From the NCBI GenBank assembly GCA_963798625.1, contig CAWCUA010000005.1, positions 58,423-122,422 on the forward strand: a DNA stretch of 64,000 bases, in the 5' to 3' direction. Source of the DNA: an uncultured Actinomycetota bacterium (GTDB lineage: Bacteria; Actinomycetota; Actinomycetes; Mycobacteriales; Nakamurellaceae). The notes beneath the pieces are model-generated. The model made no database searches and had not been told where the DNA came from. It was given only the letters and a program-made list of their open reading frames with translations. A program made the translations under genes and the position numbers. Positions 42,897-55,424 of this stretch are shown here, one piece after another. Position 1 is the first letter of the stretch; each line of letters begins with the position of its first letter.

Positions 42897-43285
42897 TCGG
42901 TCTCCCTTCGGGGGCCGGCCGAAGGTTGCCCGTCGGCGGGTGAAGATGCGGTCATCTGTGCTGCAACTGCTCGCGCCCTGGTGAACGCCTTCTGCCTGTT
43001 GGCGACTTTCGCCGCACGCAATGCTGTTGCCATGTCGGCTTTCTCGGCCGTAGCCGGGGTGACCTCGATGGCCTCCGGCCGGCCGAACCGCATGACCACG
43101 GCGTAGATGCCGAGGGCCATCCCGACGACCAGGCCGACAGGCGTCCAGGCGCGGGAGTCCAGCCAACCGTCCAGCAGCCAACCGATGCCGCCGAACACCA
43201 CCATCCCGGAGATCATGGTGGACAGAACCGCCCAGCCTTGGTCGGCTCCCCTGGAGGGGGGCCGGGCTACGGCACGCATCTTCAT
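42887..43285 (-). CDS. AtpZ/AtpI-family small membrane protein
   Basis: SGMVVFGGIGWLLDGWL...GLVVGMALG two-TM pattern directly upstream of atpB. Confidence 0.75.
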   Translation of the reverse strand: MKMRAVARPPSRGADQGWAVLSTMISGMVVFGGIGWLLDGWLDSRAWTPVGLVVGMALGIYAVVMRFGRPEAIEVTPATAEKADMATALRAAKVANRQKAFTRARAVAAQMTASSPADGQPSAGPRRETECP

Positions 43286-43436
43286 GGCGTCCCGGACACT
43301 ATCAGTTGCCCAGAAGCACCGTCGCACCCACCCACGGTGATATGGAACGCGTGTCCCGGGTCACGAAAAGGGTGCTGCGGACGGGTTTTCGCAGGTGAAG
43401 GACATGCCGACCGCCAACGGTGTGATCGGACGGCGA

Positions 43437-43952
43437 TCATCCCGGATCCACGTAGAAGAGCTTCAATGTCCAGACATACCTCATGTGCGCGCCCAGCCAG
43501 AGGAAGAGTCCGATACCGATGGCACCCGCCATCCACCGGACGTTGACGAACCCGTCGATCGGCATGGTCATCAGCACGATGGCCAGCACCAGGACCTTGA
43601 TGACGTAGGCGAACAGAGCCGCCACCATCACCGTTTTCGGATTCGTCTTGCCGACCCAGGCGATCACCACGGCCGAGAAGGTGAAGAAGGCGCCGACGAT
43701 CACCGTGCCGATGACGACCCCCGTGACGGCGCCCGGCCCATCGATCAGGCCGGCTGCGACGGCCAACGCGACCGCCCCTGCCACCAGCACGATCCAGCAC
43801 AACCGCAGGTGTCCCAGCGACCAGATGCCCTCCGAGCGGCTCCGATCGGCGATCTTCTGCGCTGCCCGCGCCTGTGCCGTCAGGTCGACCGGGTCACGCC
43901 GCGCAGCCGTCCCGCCGCCGTCGTCCGGTGCAGGTCCCGGTGCCGTACTCAT
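43437..43952 (-). CDS. ATP synthase protein I-like membrane protein (Rv1303-like)
   Basis: Four hydrophobic helices, YVIKV motif, position upstream of the atp operon. Confidence 0.75.
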   Translation of the reverse strand: MSTAPGPAPDDGGGTAARRDPVDLTAQARAAQKIADRSRSEGIWSLGHLRLCWIVLVAGAVALAVAAGLIDGPGAVTGVVIGTVIVGAFFTFSAVVIAWVGKTNPKTVMVAALFAYVIKVLVLAIVLMTMPIDGFVNVRWMAGAIGIGLFLWLGAHMRYVWTLKLFYVDPG

Positions 43953-43987
43953 GACGCCGTATTCATGACGCCGTACTCATGACGCCG
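43942..43987. repeat. 14-bp tandem repeat x3 at the wecA/atpI junction
   Basis: gccgtactcatgac gccgtattcatgac gccgtactcatgac gccg. Confidence 0.95.
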
Positions 43988-45152
43988 CCGCGGACGCCGC
44001 GCCGTCACGCAGCCGGGCGAGCCGCCGCGCCCGCATCTTCGGCCAGGCCGAGAACGCCAGGCCGATCACGACCAGGATCGACACCGGCACGATGGCCACC
44101 TCCCAGCTGACGAAGACCAACGACACCGCGCCGCCCGCCAGCACGAACGCCCAGTAGTAGAAGATCAGCACGGCCTGCCGGTGGGTGTGCCCGATCGCCA
44201 GCATCCGGTGATGCAGGTGCTGCTTGTCGGCGCTGAACGGGTGGCGCCCTTCCTTTGTGCGCCGGATGACCGCCATCAGGAAGTCCAGCACGGGGATGAA
44301 GACGACCGCCAGCGCGACGATCAACGGTGCCAGCAGCGCGATGGTGGAGCGCGGACCGAACGTCGACGGGTCGAGCTTGCCCCCGGCGCTGACTGTCGCG
44401 CCGGCCATCGCCAGGCCGATGAACATGGCGCCGGAATCGCCCATGAAGATCCGGGCGGGCGAGAAGTTGTGCGGCAGGAACCCGATGCACGCGCCCAGCA
44501 GCGCGGCCGCGATCAGCGGTGGCTGCGAAGCGGAGCTGTCGTCACCGCTGAGCACCAACTGGCGCACCGAGAAGATGAACAACGCGAACGCGGAGATCGC
44601 CGCTACACCGCCCAGCAGCCCGTCGAGACCGTCGATGAAGTTCATCGCGTTCGTCAGCACCACCGTCAGCAACACGGTGAGCACGATGCCCTGCGTCTGA
44701 TCCAGGCTGACCAGGCTGCCGCCGGTCGGCCCGCTGCCCGGCAGCCACAGCACCTGCCACTGCACGCCGAACAGCACCAGCACGCCCGCGGCCAGGATCT
44801 GCCCGGCGAGTTTGGCAACGGCATCGAGGTCGAATCGGTCGTCCAGCACGCCGACGAAGCAGATCAGTCCGCCCGCCGCAAGGATCCCCAGCACCTCCGA
44901 TGACGACACGAAGGCGCTGCCCACCGCCGGCAGTTGCAGCGCCATCAGCACGGCCGCGGCAAACCCGGCGTACACCGCCACGCCGCCCATCCGCGGGATC
45001 GGCAACGAGTGCACATCACGCTCGCGGATCGGGGTGACCGCGCCGAGTTTGACCGCCGCCAGCCGGACCAGGCCGGTCAACAGGAAGGTGACGACGACGG
45101 CAGTCCCGAACACGAGCGCGTACTCGCGCCCCGGGATCACGTAGTCCGTCAC
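43977..45152 (-). CDS. wecA: Decaprenyl-phosphate GlcNAc-1-phosphate transferase WecA/Rfe
   Basis: PIPRMGG, GVLDDRFD, NAMNFIDGLDGL, IFMGDSG, ADKQHLHHR. Confidence 0.93.
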   Translation of the reverse strand: MTDYVIPGREYALVFGTAVVVTFLLTGLVRLAAVKLGAVTPIRERDVHSLPIPRMGGVAVYAGFAAAVLMALQLPAVGSAFVSSSEVLGILAAGGLICFVGVLDDRFDLDAVAKLAGQILAAGVLVLFGVQWQVLWLPGSGPTGGSLVSLDQTQGIVLTVLLTVVLTNAMNFIDGLDGLLGGVAAISAFALFIFSVRQLVLSGDDSSASQPPLIAAALLGACIGFLPHNFSPARIFMGDSGAMFIGLAMAGATVSAGGKLDPSTFGPRSTIALLAPLIVALAVVFIPVLDFLMAVIRRTKEGRHPFSADKQHLHHRMLAIGHTHRQAVLIFYYWAFVLAGGAVSLVFVSWEVAIVPVSILVVIGLAFSAWPKMRARRLARLRDGAASAAAS

Positions 45153-45245
45153 CCGACCAGGGTAGTCGGCGCGCCCGGACGGCTCGTCCGATCCACCGAT
45201 CGGGCGGCTGATCGCGGTACGGACTGACCGCCTGCAACCGGCCGT

Positions 45246-45476
45246 GGGCAGCCCGAGTTGACTCCCGGCGAAAACAACTGGCCGAAACCGCGCAACCATC
45301 GACGAGCCGGGCCGTCCCCTTTCTGTAGCTCCGATTCGTCCCAGACGGTGGGGTCCGACGCCCGGACCCAGTCCTTCCGCCCGGGGGGTACGAATCAGAA
45401 CTGAGCCCCATGCCGGGAGCTGCCCGTAGGCCCGATCACGACACGCCGTCGTTCAGATCGGGCCTTCGGCCGTTTC
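45246..45476 (+). ncRNA. Putative structured non-coding RNA (family unknown)
   Basis: Nested helices 45246-45269/45412-45425, 45333-45339/45390-45396 and 45351-45357/45363-45369, followed by a terminator-like hairpin; strand inferred from the terminator tail. Confidence 0.45.
45428..45476 (+). terminator. Intrinsic terminator-like hairpin
   Basis: aggcccgatc / gatcgggcct stem with inner acgac/gtcgt, then tcggccgtttct. Confidence 0.65.
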
Positions 45477-45537
45477 TGGGGAGGGTTGCACCGTCCGTCG
45501 GTCGGCACGACCAGTGGCTCTGGTACCGGCGCACCGA

Positions 45538-46185
45538 CTACTGCTCGGGAACCTCGACGTCACCGATCACTTCGCGGATCCGGTCGATGCTCACGGCGCC
45601 GGCGCGCAGCACCCGGGGCGTCTCCGACGTCAGATCGACGACCGTCGACGCCACCCCGATCGGCGACGGCCCGGCCTCGAGATACACCGAGACGTCCTCT
45701 CCCAGTTGGGTTTCGGCGTCGGCGGCAGTGGTGGCCGGCGGGCTTCCGCTGCGGTTCGCGCTGGACACCGCCATCGGGCCGACCAGCCGGAGCAGATCGA
45801 TGGCCACCGGATGCAGCGGCATCCTCAGCATCACCGTGCCCCTGGCGTCGCCCAGGTCCCAGCTCAGGCTCGGCGCGTGCTCCACCACCAGGGACAGCCC
45901 GCCGGGCCAGAAGGCCTCGATGAGCGTCCGTGCGACCGGCGGCACCGCCATCACCAGGCCGTCGATCGTCGTCCAGGAGCCGACCAGGACAGGCACCGGC
46001 ATGTCGGGGCCCCGGCCCTTGGCCGCGAGCAGCGCGCGGACCGCCGCAGCGTTGAACGCGTCGGCACCGATTCCGTACACGGTGTCGGTGGGCATCACGA
46101 CCAGGTTTCCGATCCTGGCGGCGTGCGCGGCGGCTTCGAGGCCCGCGCGCCTGGCGACCGGGTCGGCGCAATCGAACGTCGTCAC
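45538..46185 (-). CDS. tsaC: L-threonylcarbamoyladenylate synthase (Sua5/YrdC)
   Basis: PTDTVYG, KGRG, FWPGGL, SSANRSG, STVVD. Confidence 0.93.
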   Translation of the reverse strand: MTTFDCADPVARRAGLEAAAHAARIGNLVVMPTDTVYGIGADAFNAAAVRALLAAKGRGPDMPVPVLVGSWTTIDGLVMAVPPVARTLIEAFWPGGLSLVVEHAPSLSWDLGDARGTVMLRMPLHPVAIDLLRLVGPMAVSSANRSGSPPATTAADAETQLGEDVSVYLEAGPSPIGVASTVVDLTSETPRVLRAGAVSIDRIREVIGDVEVPEQ

Positions 46186-47087
46186 GAACGCAGTGTCCCA
46201 GCCCGTGCCGCCGGCAACTCCATCCGGACCCTGGTGGCGGTGACGAACCGTGGACGGCCGGCCAGGTCATGGTGGTCGACCACGTCCGTCAGCACCCGCC
46301 GCAGCCGCAACAGATCGGGCACCGACTCCCCCTGGGTGTCGTCGTGCTCGATCGCCAGCACACCGTCGATCTTGAGCAGGCTTGCCGCCACCGAGATGAG
46401 CGGCCTGATCAGCGCGAGACCGTCCGGTCCGCCGAACACCGCCTCGGCCGGGTCGTGTTCGCCAACCTCGGGTTCGACGGGTGTGCCGTCCGGGACGTAC
46501 GGCGGATTGGCCGTCACCAGATCCGCAGCCCCGTCCAGCTCGGTCAGCAGACGCTGATCCAGGACGTCGCCGCCGCGCAGCTCGACCGGTGTTCCGCCCG
46601 CGTTGACATGGGTGACGACGTTCCGGCGGGCCCACGACAACGCCGCTTCCGACCGCTCGACCGCGATCACCCTGGCATCGGGGCGGGCGGCGGAGATGGC
46701 CAGCGCGATGGCGCCGCTGCCGGTGCACAGATCGACGACCAACGGCGACGGCCGGTCCGCGATCGACTGCAGCGCCCACTCGAGGAGATACTCGGTTTCC
46801 GGACGCGGCACGAAAACGCCTGGGCCGACAGCGATCCGGGCTCGCCCGAAGGGCACGGACCCGACGAGGTACTGCAGCGGAATCCGCTCCGCCCGCCGGG
46901 CGACCAGCGCCTGGTAGTCCTGCACCCAGGACGATTCCACCAGTGGTGTCAGCCCGAGCCGGGTCCGCGAGACCCCGAGCAGATGGGCGGCGAGCTCTTC
47001 GGCATCGACCCCCGGGCTGGGCACACCGGCCTGCTCGAGCGTCGCGGACGCGGAAAGCACCGCGGACCGCAGGGACTGCCGGCTCAT
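46182..47087 (-). CDS. prmC: Release factor glutamine methyltransferase
   Basis: [20 protein letters not shown]. Confidence 0.95.
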   Translation of the reverse strand: MSRQSLRSAVLSASATLEQAGVPSPGVDAEELAAHLLGVSRTRLGLTPLVESSWVQDYQALVARRAERIPLQYLVGSVPFGRARIAVGPGVFVPRPETEYLLEWALQSIADRPSPLVVDLCTGSGAIALAISAARPDARVIAVERSEAALSWARRNVVTHVNAGGTPVELRGGDVLDQRLLTELDGAADLVTANPPYVPDGTPVEPEVGEHDPAEAVFGGPDGLALIRPLISVAASLLKIDGVLAIEHDDTQGESVPDLLRLRRVLTDVVDHHDLAGRPRFVTATRVRMELPAARAGTLRS

Positions 47088-48187
47088 GACCGTCCGGCGC
47101 TGCCGGCCGCCAGCCGCTCGGTGCGGTCGGCCTGGGCGAGCGCATCGAGCACCGAGTCCAGATCTCCGTCGAGCACCGCGTCGAGGTTGTATGCCTTGTA
47201 ACCGACCCGGTGGTCGGCGATCCGGTTCTCCGGGAAGTTGTACGTGCGAACGCGTTCCGACCGGTCGACGGTCCGCACCTGGGACCGGCGTGCGTCCGCG
47301 GCGGCGGCGTCAGCGGTCGCCCTCGCGGCGGCCAGCAGCCTGGCGCGCAGGATGCGCAGTGCCTGTTCCTTGTTCTGCAGCTGGGACTTCTCGTTCTGGC
47401 AAGACACCACGATGCCGGTCGGCAGGTGCGTGATCCGAACCGCGGAATCGGTCGTGTTCACGGACTGGCCGCCCGGGCCCGACGAGCGGAACACGTCGAT
47501 CCGAAGATCATTGGGGTCGACGGTGACGTCGACGTCCTCCGCTTCGGGTGCCACCAGCACGCCGGCCGCGGAGGTGTGGATGCGGCCCTGCGATTCGGTG
47601 ACGGGCACCCGCTGCACCCGGTGCACCCCGCCCTCGAACTTCAGCCGGGCCCAGACGCCGTCGGCGGAGGCCGCAGGGGCCTTGATCGCAACGGTGGCGT
47701 CCTTGTAGCCGCCGAGGTCGGACTCGGTGGCCGACAGCACCTCGGTCTTCCAGCCGCGCCGCTCGGCGTAGCGCAGGTACATCCGGAGCAGATCACCGGC
47801 GAACAGGGCCGACTCCTCGCCGCCCTCGCCCGCCTTGACCTCGACCAGCACGTCCTTGCCGTCGTCGGGGTCCCGCGGGGTGAGCAGTTCGCCGAGGCGG
47901 GTCTCGAGTTCGGCCACCCGGTGCGCCACGGCTTCGGCCTCATCGGCGAAACTCGCGTCCTCGGCAGTGAGCTCGCGCGCGGCCTGCAGATCTCCCCTGG
48001 CCTGCTCGAGCTGATGGGAAGTGGTCACGATCGGAGTCAGCTCCGCATACCGGCGGCCCAACCGGCGGGCAACGGCCTGGTCGGCGTGCACCGCAGGGTC
48101 GTTCAGCTGGTCCTGCAGGTCCTGGTATTCGGCGAGCAGTTGCTCGACGGAGGCGCGCGGGACGTCGGTGGAATCCCCGGATGTCAT
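47084..48187 (-). CDS. prfA: Peptide chain release factor 1
   Basis: [10 protein letters not shown] (PxT), [17 protein letters not shown]. Confidence 0.97.
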   Translation of the reverse strand: MTSGDSTDVPRASVEQLLAEYQDLQDQLNDPAVHADQAVARRLGRRYAELTPIVTTSHQLEQARGDLQAARELTAEDASFADEAEAVAHRVAELETRLGELLTPRDPDDGKDVLVEVKAGEGGEESALFAGDLLRMYLRYAERRGWKTEVLSATESDLGGYKDATVAIKAPAASADGVWARLKFEGGVHRVQRVPVTESQGRIHTSAAGVLVAPEAEDVDVTVDPNDLRIDVFRSSGPGGQSVNTTDSAVRITHLPTGIVVSCQNEKSQLQNKEQALRILRARLLAAARATADAAAADARRSQVRTVDRSERVRTYNFPENRIADHRVGYKAYNLDAVLDGDLDSVLDALAQADRTERLAAGSAGRS

Positions 48188-48220
48188 CGGCGCACTTCCT
48201 CAGGTTCGTTGCGTGAGCGT

Positions 48221-48294
48221 TGTTGATCATGAGGCTCAGCCGGGCTTATCCGGCGTGTCGTCGGCGTGTCGCGTGCTGAGCTGCATGATCAACA
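48221..48294. repeat. REP/MITE-like palindromic element
   Basis: tgttgatcatg..gctcagc / gctgagc..catgatcaaca arms; loop carries two cggcgtgtcg copies. Confidence 0.6.
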
Positions 48295-48337
48295 CCAGCT
48301 ATCACCGGTGGTGCGCCGCGGCACCCCCCGGAACAGC

Positions 48338-48378
48338 AAACGGCGCCCGCGGACCGTCGGGTCCAGCGGGCGCCGTTG
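48338..48378 (-). terminator. Intrinsic terminator after rpmE
   Basis: aacggcgcccgc-ggacc / ggtcc-a-gcgggcgccgtt stem, followed on the minus strand by ttgctgtt. Confidence 0.75.
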
Positions 48379-48383
48379 ATGCG

Positions 48384-48597
48384 CTAGCGGCTGCGCTTGC
48401 CGTACCGCGCCTCGAAGCGCGCGACCCGGCCGCCGGTGTCCAGGATCTTCTGCTTGCCGGTGTAGAACGGGTGGCAGTTGGAGCAGACCTCGACGTGGAT
48501 CTTGCCGCTGCCCTCGGTGCTGCGGGTGGTGAAGGTGTTGCCACAACCGCAGGTCGACCTCGGTGGTCACGTATGCGGGATGGATGCCGGTCTTCAT
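48384..48597 (-). CDS. rpmE: 50S ribosomal protein L31 (Zn-binding type), apparent +1 frameshift near 48555
   Basis: [14 protein letters not shown] + extra base + TCGCGNTF...[25 protein letters not shown]; 214 nt = 3n+1. Confidence 0.93.
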
Positions 48598-48796
48598 TGA
48601 TGTCCTCTTTCGGTAGAGCCTTGCGTGGGGCTCCGGGTCGTCCGCGACGGGTGTCGGGGGCGTGAACCGGGGCCGGGCTCGACCGACCAGTGTGCCAGAT
48701 GGGTCGGTCACTTGGCGAAACAGCGCTGAGCGCGAGGTTATTCCGGCGAACGAACTCGACGAACCGACCTCGCGGAGCAGCAGTGACCCGCCGCGA

Positions 48797-49171
48797 TCAG
48801 CCAGGGAGCGTGATCGCGATCGCCGCGCCCTTGCGTCCGCCGCGCCGATCCCGCCACGTCGCGAGCCTGCCGAAAAGGCCGTACTTCTGCACCAGTGCGT
48901 CCAGGACGCCCTGGACCTCGGCATCCGGCAGGAGCCGCGCCTGCGCGTCGATCGGCGCACCCATCGGCTTGCCCCGGGTCGTGCAGGGCGCCACCTGAAC
49001 GGCGCCGCTGCGCCTGATCCGTTTCACCTTGCCTGCGTCGGCGGCCGTCCAGACCCGCAGCTCGTCACCAACGCGCGCCACCCACACCGGGGTCGCCACC
49101 GCCGTGCCGTCCTTGCGGAAGGTCGTCAGCTGCATGTACTTCGAGGACCCGAGCACGTCCAATGGCGTCAC
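48797..49171 (-). CDS. PPOX-class putative F420-dependent oxidoreductase
   Basis: YMQLTTFRKDGTAVATPVW, GKVKRIR, VAPCTTRG, KYG. Confidence 0.88.
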   Translation of the reverse strand: MTPLDVLGSSKYMQLTTFRKDGTAVATPVWVARVGDELRVWTAADAGKVKRIRRSGAVQVAPCTTRGKPMGAPIDAQARLLPDAEVQGVLDALVQKYGLFGRLATWRDRRGGRKGAAIAITLPG

Positions 49172-49243
49172 ACGACATACCGTACTTACCCGGCGTCACC
49201 TGCTGTCCGGCCACCCTCCGTCGGCCGGCCGGACAGCACCTGC

Positions 49244-51463
49244 TCAGTCGCTGCCGGGCGTGTTCTTGGCGACCTGCATCAGGAACTCGACATTGCTGCG
49301 GGTCTTGCGGAGCCGATCGAGGACGAGTTCCAGCGCCTGCTGGGTGTCCAGCGCGGCGAGCACCCGGCGGAGTTTGACGACGATCGCCAGCTCATCGGGC
49401 GAGAGCAGCAGGTCCTCCTTGCGGGTCGACGACTGATCGACGTCGATCGCCGGGAAGATCCGCTTGTCCGCCAGCCGCCGGTCGAGCTTGAGCTCGGCGT
49501 TGCCCGTGCCCTTGAACTCCTCGAAGATCACCGTGTCGCCGGCCGACCCGGTTTCCACCAGCGCGGAGGCGAAAATCGTGAGCGAGCCACCGTTCTCGAT
49601 GTTGCGGGCGGCACCGAGGAAGCGCTTCGGCGGGAACAGCGCGGTCGAATCGACGCCACCGGACAGGATCCGGCCGGACGCCGGAGCGGCCAGGTTGTAG
49701 GCACGTCCGAGCCGGGTGATCGAGTCCAGCAGGACGACGACGTCGCGGCCCATCTCGACCAGCCGCTTGGCCCGCTCGATGGCGAGCTCGGCGACCAGGG
49801 TGTGGTCGGACGGCGGCCGGTCGAAGGTCGAGGCGATGACCTCGCCCTTCACCGATCGCTGCATGTCGGTGACCTCTTCAGGCCGCTCGTCCACCAGCAC
49901 CACCATCAGGTGGCACTCGGGATTGTTGGTGGTGATGGCGTTGGCGATCGCCTGCATCACCATCGTCTTGCCGGCCTTCGGGCGGCGAGACGATCAGTGC
50001 GCGCTGGCCCTTGCCGACCGGCATCACCAGGTCGATGACGCGGGTGGTCAGCAGATGCGCCTCGGTCTCCAGGCGCAGCCGATCGTTCGGGTAGAGCGGT
50101 GTCAGCTTGGTGAACTCCGGGCGGTTCTTCGCCTGCTCGGGCTCGAGTCCGTTGACGGTGTCCAGCCGGACCAGCGCGTTGAACTTCTGCCGCTGCGCCT
50201 CGCCCTCGCGCTGCGCACGCACGGCGCCGGTCACGGCATCGCCACGCCGCAGGCCGTTCTTCCGCACCTGGGACAGCGAGACGTAGACGTCGTTCGGGCC
50301 GGTCAGGTAACCGGACGTGCGAATGAAGGCGTAGGAATCCAGGACGTCCAGGATGCCCGCGACGGGGACGAGGACGTCGTCATCACGGACTTCGACGTCG
50401 GCGGGGCCGTCGGGCGCGAAACGGTCGCGGGCGTTGCGGCGGTTGCGGTCGCGGTACCGGCGGCCGCGGCGGCCACGGCCGTCACCCTCGTCATCATCGT
50501 CACGGCGGTTGTCGGTGTTCTGCCGACCCTGCCGGTTGTCCCGGTTCTGGTTGTCCCGGTTCTGGTTGTCGCGATTCTGGTTGTCGCGATTCTGGTTGTC
50601 CCGGTTCTGGTCGCGGCTTCTGGCCGTTGTCCCGGTTCTGGCCGTCCCGGTTTTGGTTGTCCCGACCCTGCTCACGCTGCTGGCCGTTGCGCTGGTCGAC
50701 TGCGACCCCGCCGTTGGCACCGCCGCTGTTGGCACTGTTGTCCTGGTTGTCGCGCGCAGCGTTGTCCCTGGACGCGTTGTCGCGCCCGTCCCGCCGGCTA
50801 CGGCGGTTGCGCCGGTTGCCGCGCTGGCCGTCGTCCGGGTCGCCCGAATCGTCGGCGCTGCGCTCAGCAGGCTGGCGGTCCCGGATGGCGGTTGTCGGAC
50901 TGGCGGTTGTCGGACTGGCGGTTGTCGGGCTGGCGGTCGTCGGACTGGCGGTCGTCGCTCTGCGGTGCGCGACCGGCTGCGCCGTCGGCACCGGCGTCGT
51001 CGGTCCGGTTGGTTTCCCGACCGGCGGGACGGTCCGAGTTGTCAGAGCGCGCGTCACCGCTGCGCTCGGTCACCTGGGCATCCGTGTGCTCCTGGCGGGT
51101 GTCCTGACGTGCGCCATTGCCACCGTTGTTGTCGCGGTCGCCACCGGAGACGTCGCCGAGCGGCAATGTCGGATCGGCTCCGTGGCCGTTGGCCGATGCG
51201 GCCGCAACCTCACGCCGTTCGGTCTTGCCGGAAGCGCCGGTGGTGGCCGCACCCGAGGCAGCGCCGGCACCGTTCTGGCGGGCGGCAATCGCCGCAACCA
51301 GGTCGCCCTTGCGCATGCCGGAGGTACCGCGGATTCCGAGCTGGCCTGCGAGGGCCTTCAGATCCGTCAGCACCATGCCCGACAGTCCCTCACCCTTACG
51401 AGCCCGACCCTTTGCGGGGGCGGTGGTGGCGGCATTGTCGAGCGACTCCGTGGTTTCAGTCAC
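49244..51463 (-). CDS. rho: Transcription termination factor Rho with actinobacterial N-terminal insertion; three apparent +1 frameshifts (about 50885, 50617, 49981)
   Basis: [13 protein letters not shown]...[60 protein letters not shown] split over four frames. Confidence 0.95.
50530..50960 (-). repeat. 15-bp coding tandem repeats in the Rho insertion (NRDNQ and DNRQS)
   Basis: ctggttgtcccggtt units at about 50530-50670; ggcggttgtcggact units at about 50885-50960. Confidence 0.85.
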
Positions 51464-51874
51464 GAAGATCCTTCCTGTCCAGCCGTCTTGTGCGCGGCCG
51501 GAGATTGAGCTCACCGCAGGTGCGGCGGCTGCCGTTGCGCGCCCAGGATGGGCGCGGCGGAATCGGTGATCACCTTGTCTTCCTCGCTGGCGTGGCCTGG
51601 CGTCATGACGCGGCTCGATAGCCGACCATGAACCGTTCCGGCGCCTCCGGGGTACGTTCCGGCGAGAGGAGTCCTTCAGAGTGGGTGCGGCAAGAGGCTT
51701 TTTCAGTCCCCCACCGTCGATTTCCGGCTCGCAGACCATACGTCGCAGCGGGCACAGCCGGTGATCGCCTTCAACAGTAACCGCATATCAATGCGACCGG
51801 CAACTGTCGACGAGCGTGTCGCAGACCTGTCGGGCTCCAGCGGACTCGTCATCACGGCCGTCGATGCGGCGGTG

Positions 51875-54058
<2,184 letters not shown>

Positions 54059-54086
54059 AGGGAAATGACGAACCCGGCGGCCGGAT

Positions 54087-55424
54087 TCACCGCAAGTCTC
54101 CCATCACCCGCATCACCGAGGTGACCCTGCGGACGGAATCGAGCTGACCCAGCTTGTCCACGGTCCCGGCCAGCGCAGCGTCCGGGGCGCTGTGCGTGAC
54201 CACGACGAGCGTCGCGTCATCGCCGCGGCCCTCCTGCCGCACGGTCGAGATGGAGATGCCTGCATCGGCGAAGGCCATCGCGACGGCGGCCAGCACGCCG
54301 GCCTTGTCGTCCACGTCGAGACTGATGTGGTACCGGCTGAGCACCTGCCCCATCGGCTGGATGGGCAGAGCCGCGTACGCGGACTCCCGGGGTCCGCGTC
54401 CGCCGGCAATCCTGTTGCGCGCCACCGCAACCAGGTCGCCGAGCACCGCCGAGGCAGTCGGCGCGCCACCCGCGCCGGGCCCGTAGAACATCAGCCGTCC
54501 GGCGGCCTCCGCCTCGACGTAGACCGCGTTGAACGCGCCGTCCACACCGGCCAGCGGGTGGCTCTGCGGCAACATGACCGGGTGCACTCGGGCCGAGACG
54601 CCCTCTCCCCCGGCACGTCCGTCAACACCCGGCGCGGTGGATCCGGACACCGATGGGACCCGCTCGCAGATCGCGAGAAGCTTGACGGTGCAACCGATCT
54701 GCCGGGCGGCCGCGATGTCGGTCGCGGAGACGTCGGCAATGCCCTCGCGGTGCACATCGGCTGCGCCAACCCGGGTATGGAAGCCGATGGACGCCAGGAT
54801 CGCGGCCTTTGCGGCGGCGTCGAAACCGTCGACGTCGGCGGTCGGGTCGGCCTCGGCGTACCCGAGCCTGGTCGCCTCGGCCAATGCCTCGTGATAGCCG
54901 AGCCCGGTCTCCGTCATTGCCGACAGGATGTAATTGGTGGTGCCGTTGACGATTCCCATGATTCGCGAGATGCGATCCCCCGCAAGGGATTCGCGCAGCG
55001 GCCGGATCAACGGGATGGCGCCGGCGACGGCCGCCTCGAAGTACAGGTCGGCGCCCGCTGCGTCGGCGGCCCGGTACAGCTCCGGCCCGTGCTCGGCGAG
55101 CAGTGCCTTGTTGGCGGTGACCACCCCGGCTCCTCGACGCAGCGCCGTCAGCAGCAACTCCTTGGCGGGCTCGATGCCGCCCATCACCTCGACCACGACG
55201 TCGATGTCGTCCCTGGCCACCAAGCCAGCGGCATCGGTGGTCAGCACGTCGGCCGGCACCTCCGGATGACGGGCGGCCCGGCGGACGGCGACCGCCACCA
55301 GCTCGATGGGCGCACCGACCCTGGCTGCCAGCTCGTCGGACTGCTCGCTGATCAGCCGGACGACCTGCGAACCCACCACACCGGAGCCCAGCACGCCGAC
55401 CCGGACGGCCCGACCGGCGTTCAC
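54087..55424 (-). CDS. hom: Homoserine dehydrogenase with ACT domain
   Basis: [43 protein letters not shown]. Confidence 0.96.
   Translation of the reverse strand: MNAGRAVRVGVLGSGVVGSQVVRLISEQSDELAARVGAPIELVAVAVRRAARHPEVPADVLTTDAAGLVARDDIDVVVEVMGGIEPAKELLLTALRRGAGVVTANKALLAEHGPELYRAADAAGADLYFEAAVAGAIPLIRPLRESLAGDRISRIMGIVNGTTNYILSAMTETGLGYHEALAEATRLGYAEADPTADVDGFDAAAKAAILASIGFHTRVGAADVHREGIADVSATDIAAARQIGCTVKLLAICERVPSVSGSTAPGVDGRAGGEGVSARVHPVMLPQSHPLAGVDGAFNAVYVEAEAAGRLMFYGPGAGGAPTASAVLGDLVAVARNRIAGGRGPRESAYAALPIQPMGQVLSRYHISLDVDDKAGVLAAVAMAFADAGISISTVRQEGRGDDATLVVVTHSAPDAALAGTVDKLGQLDSVRRVTSVMRVMGDLR

Noticed and set aside
45153-45299. N-terminal extensions in the ORF track for wecA (and likewise sigE, murA, glgC, atpB, tag, hom)
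   Set aside because: Upstream in-frame sequence is non-homologous; the shorter starts are supported by -10 boxes, RBSs or stop/start overlaps
45153-45537. ZMP/ZTP riboswitch or tmRNA in the tsaC-wecA gap
   Set aside because: No glyA here, ZTP consensus elements not found by eye, and no tRNA-like ends; kept only as an unknown structured RNA
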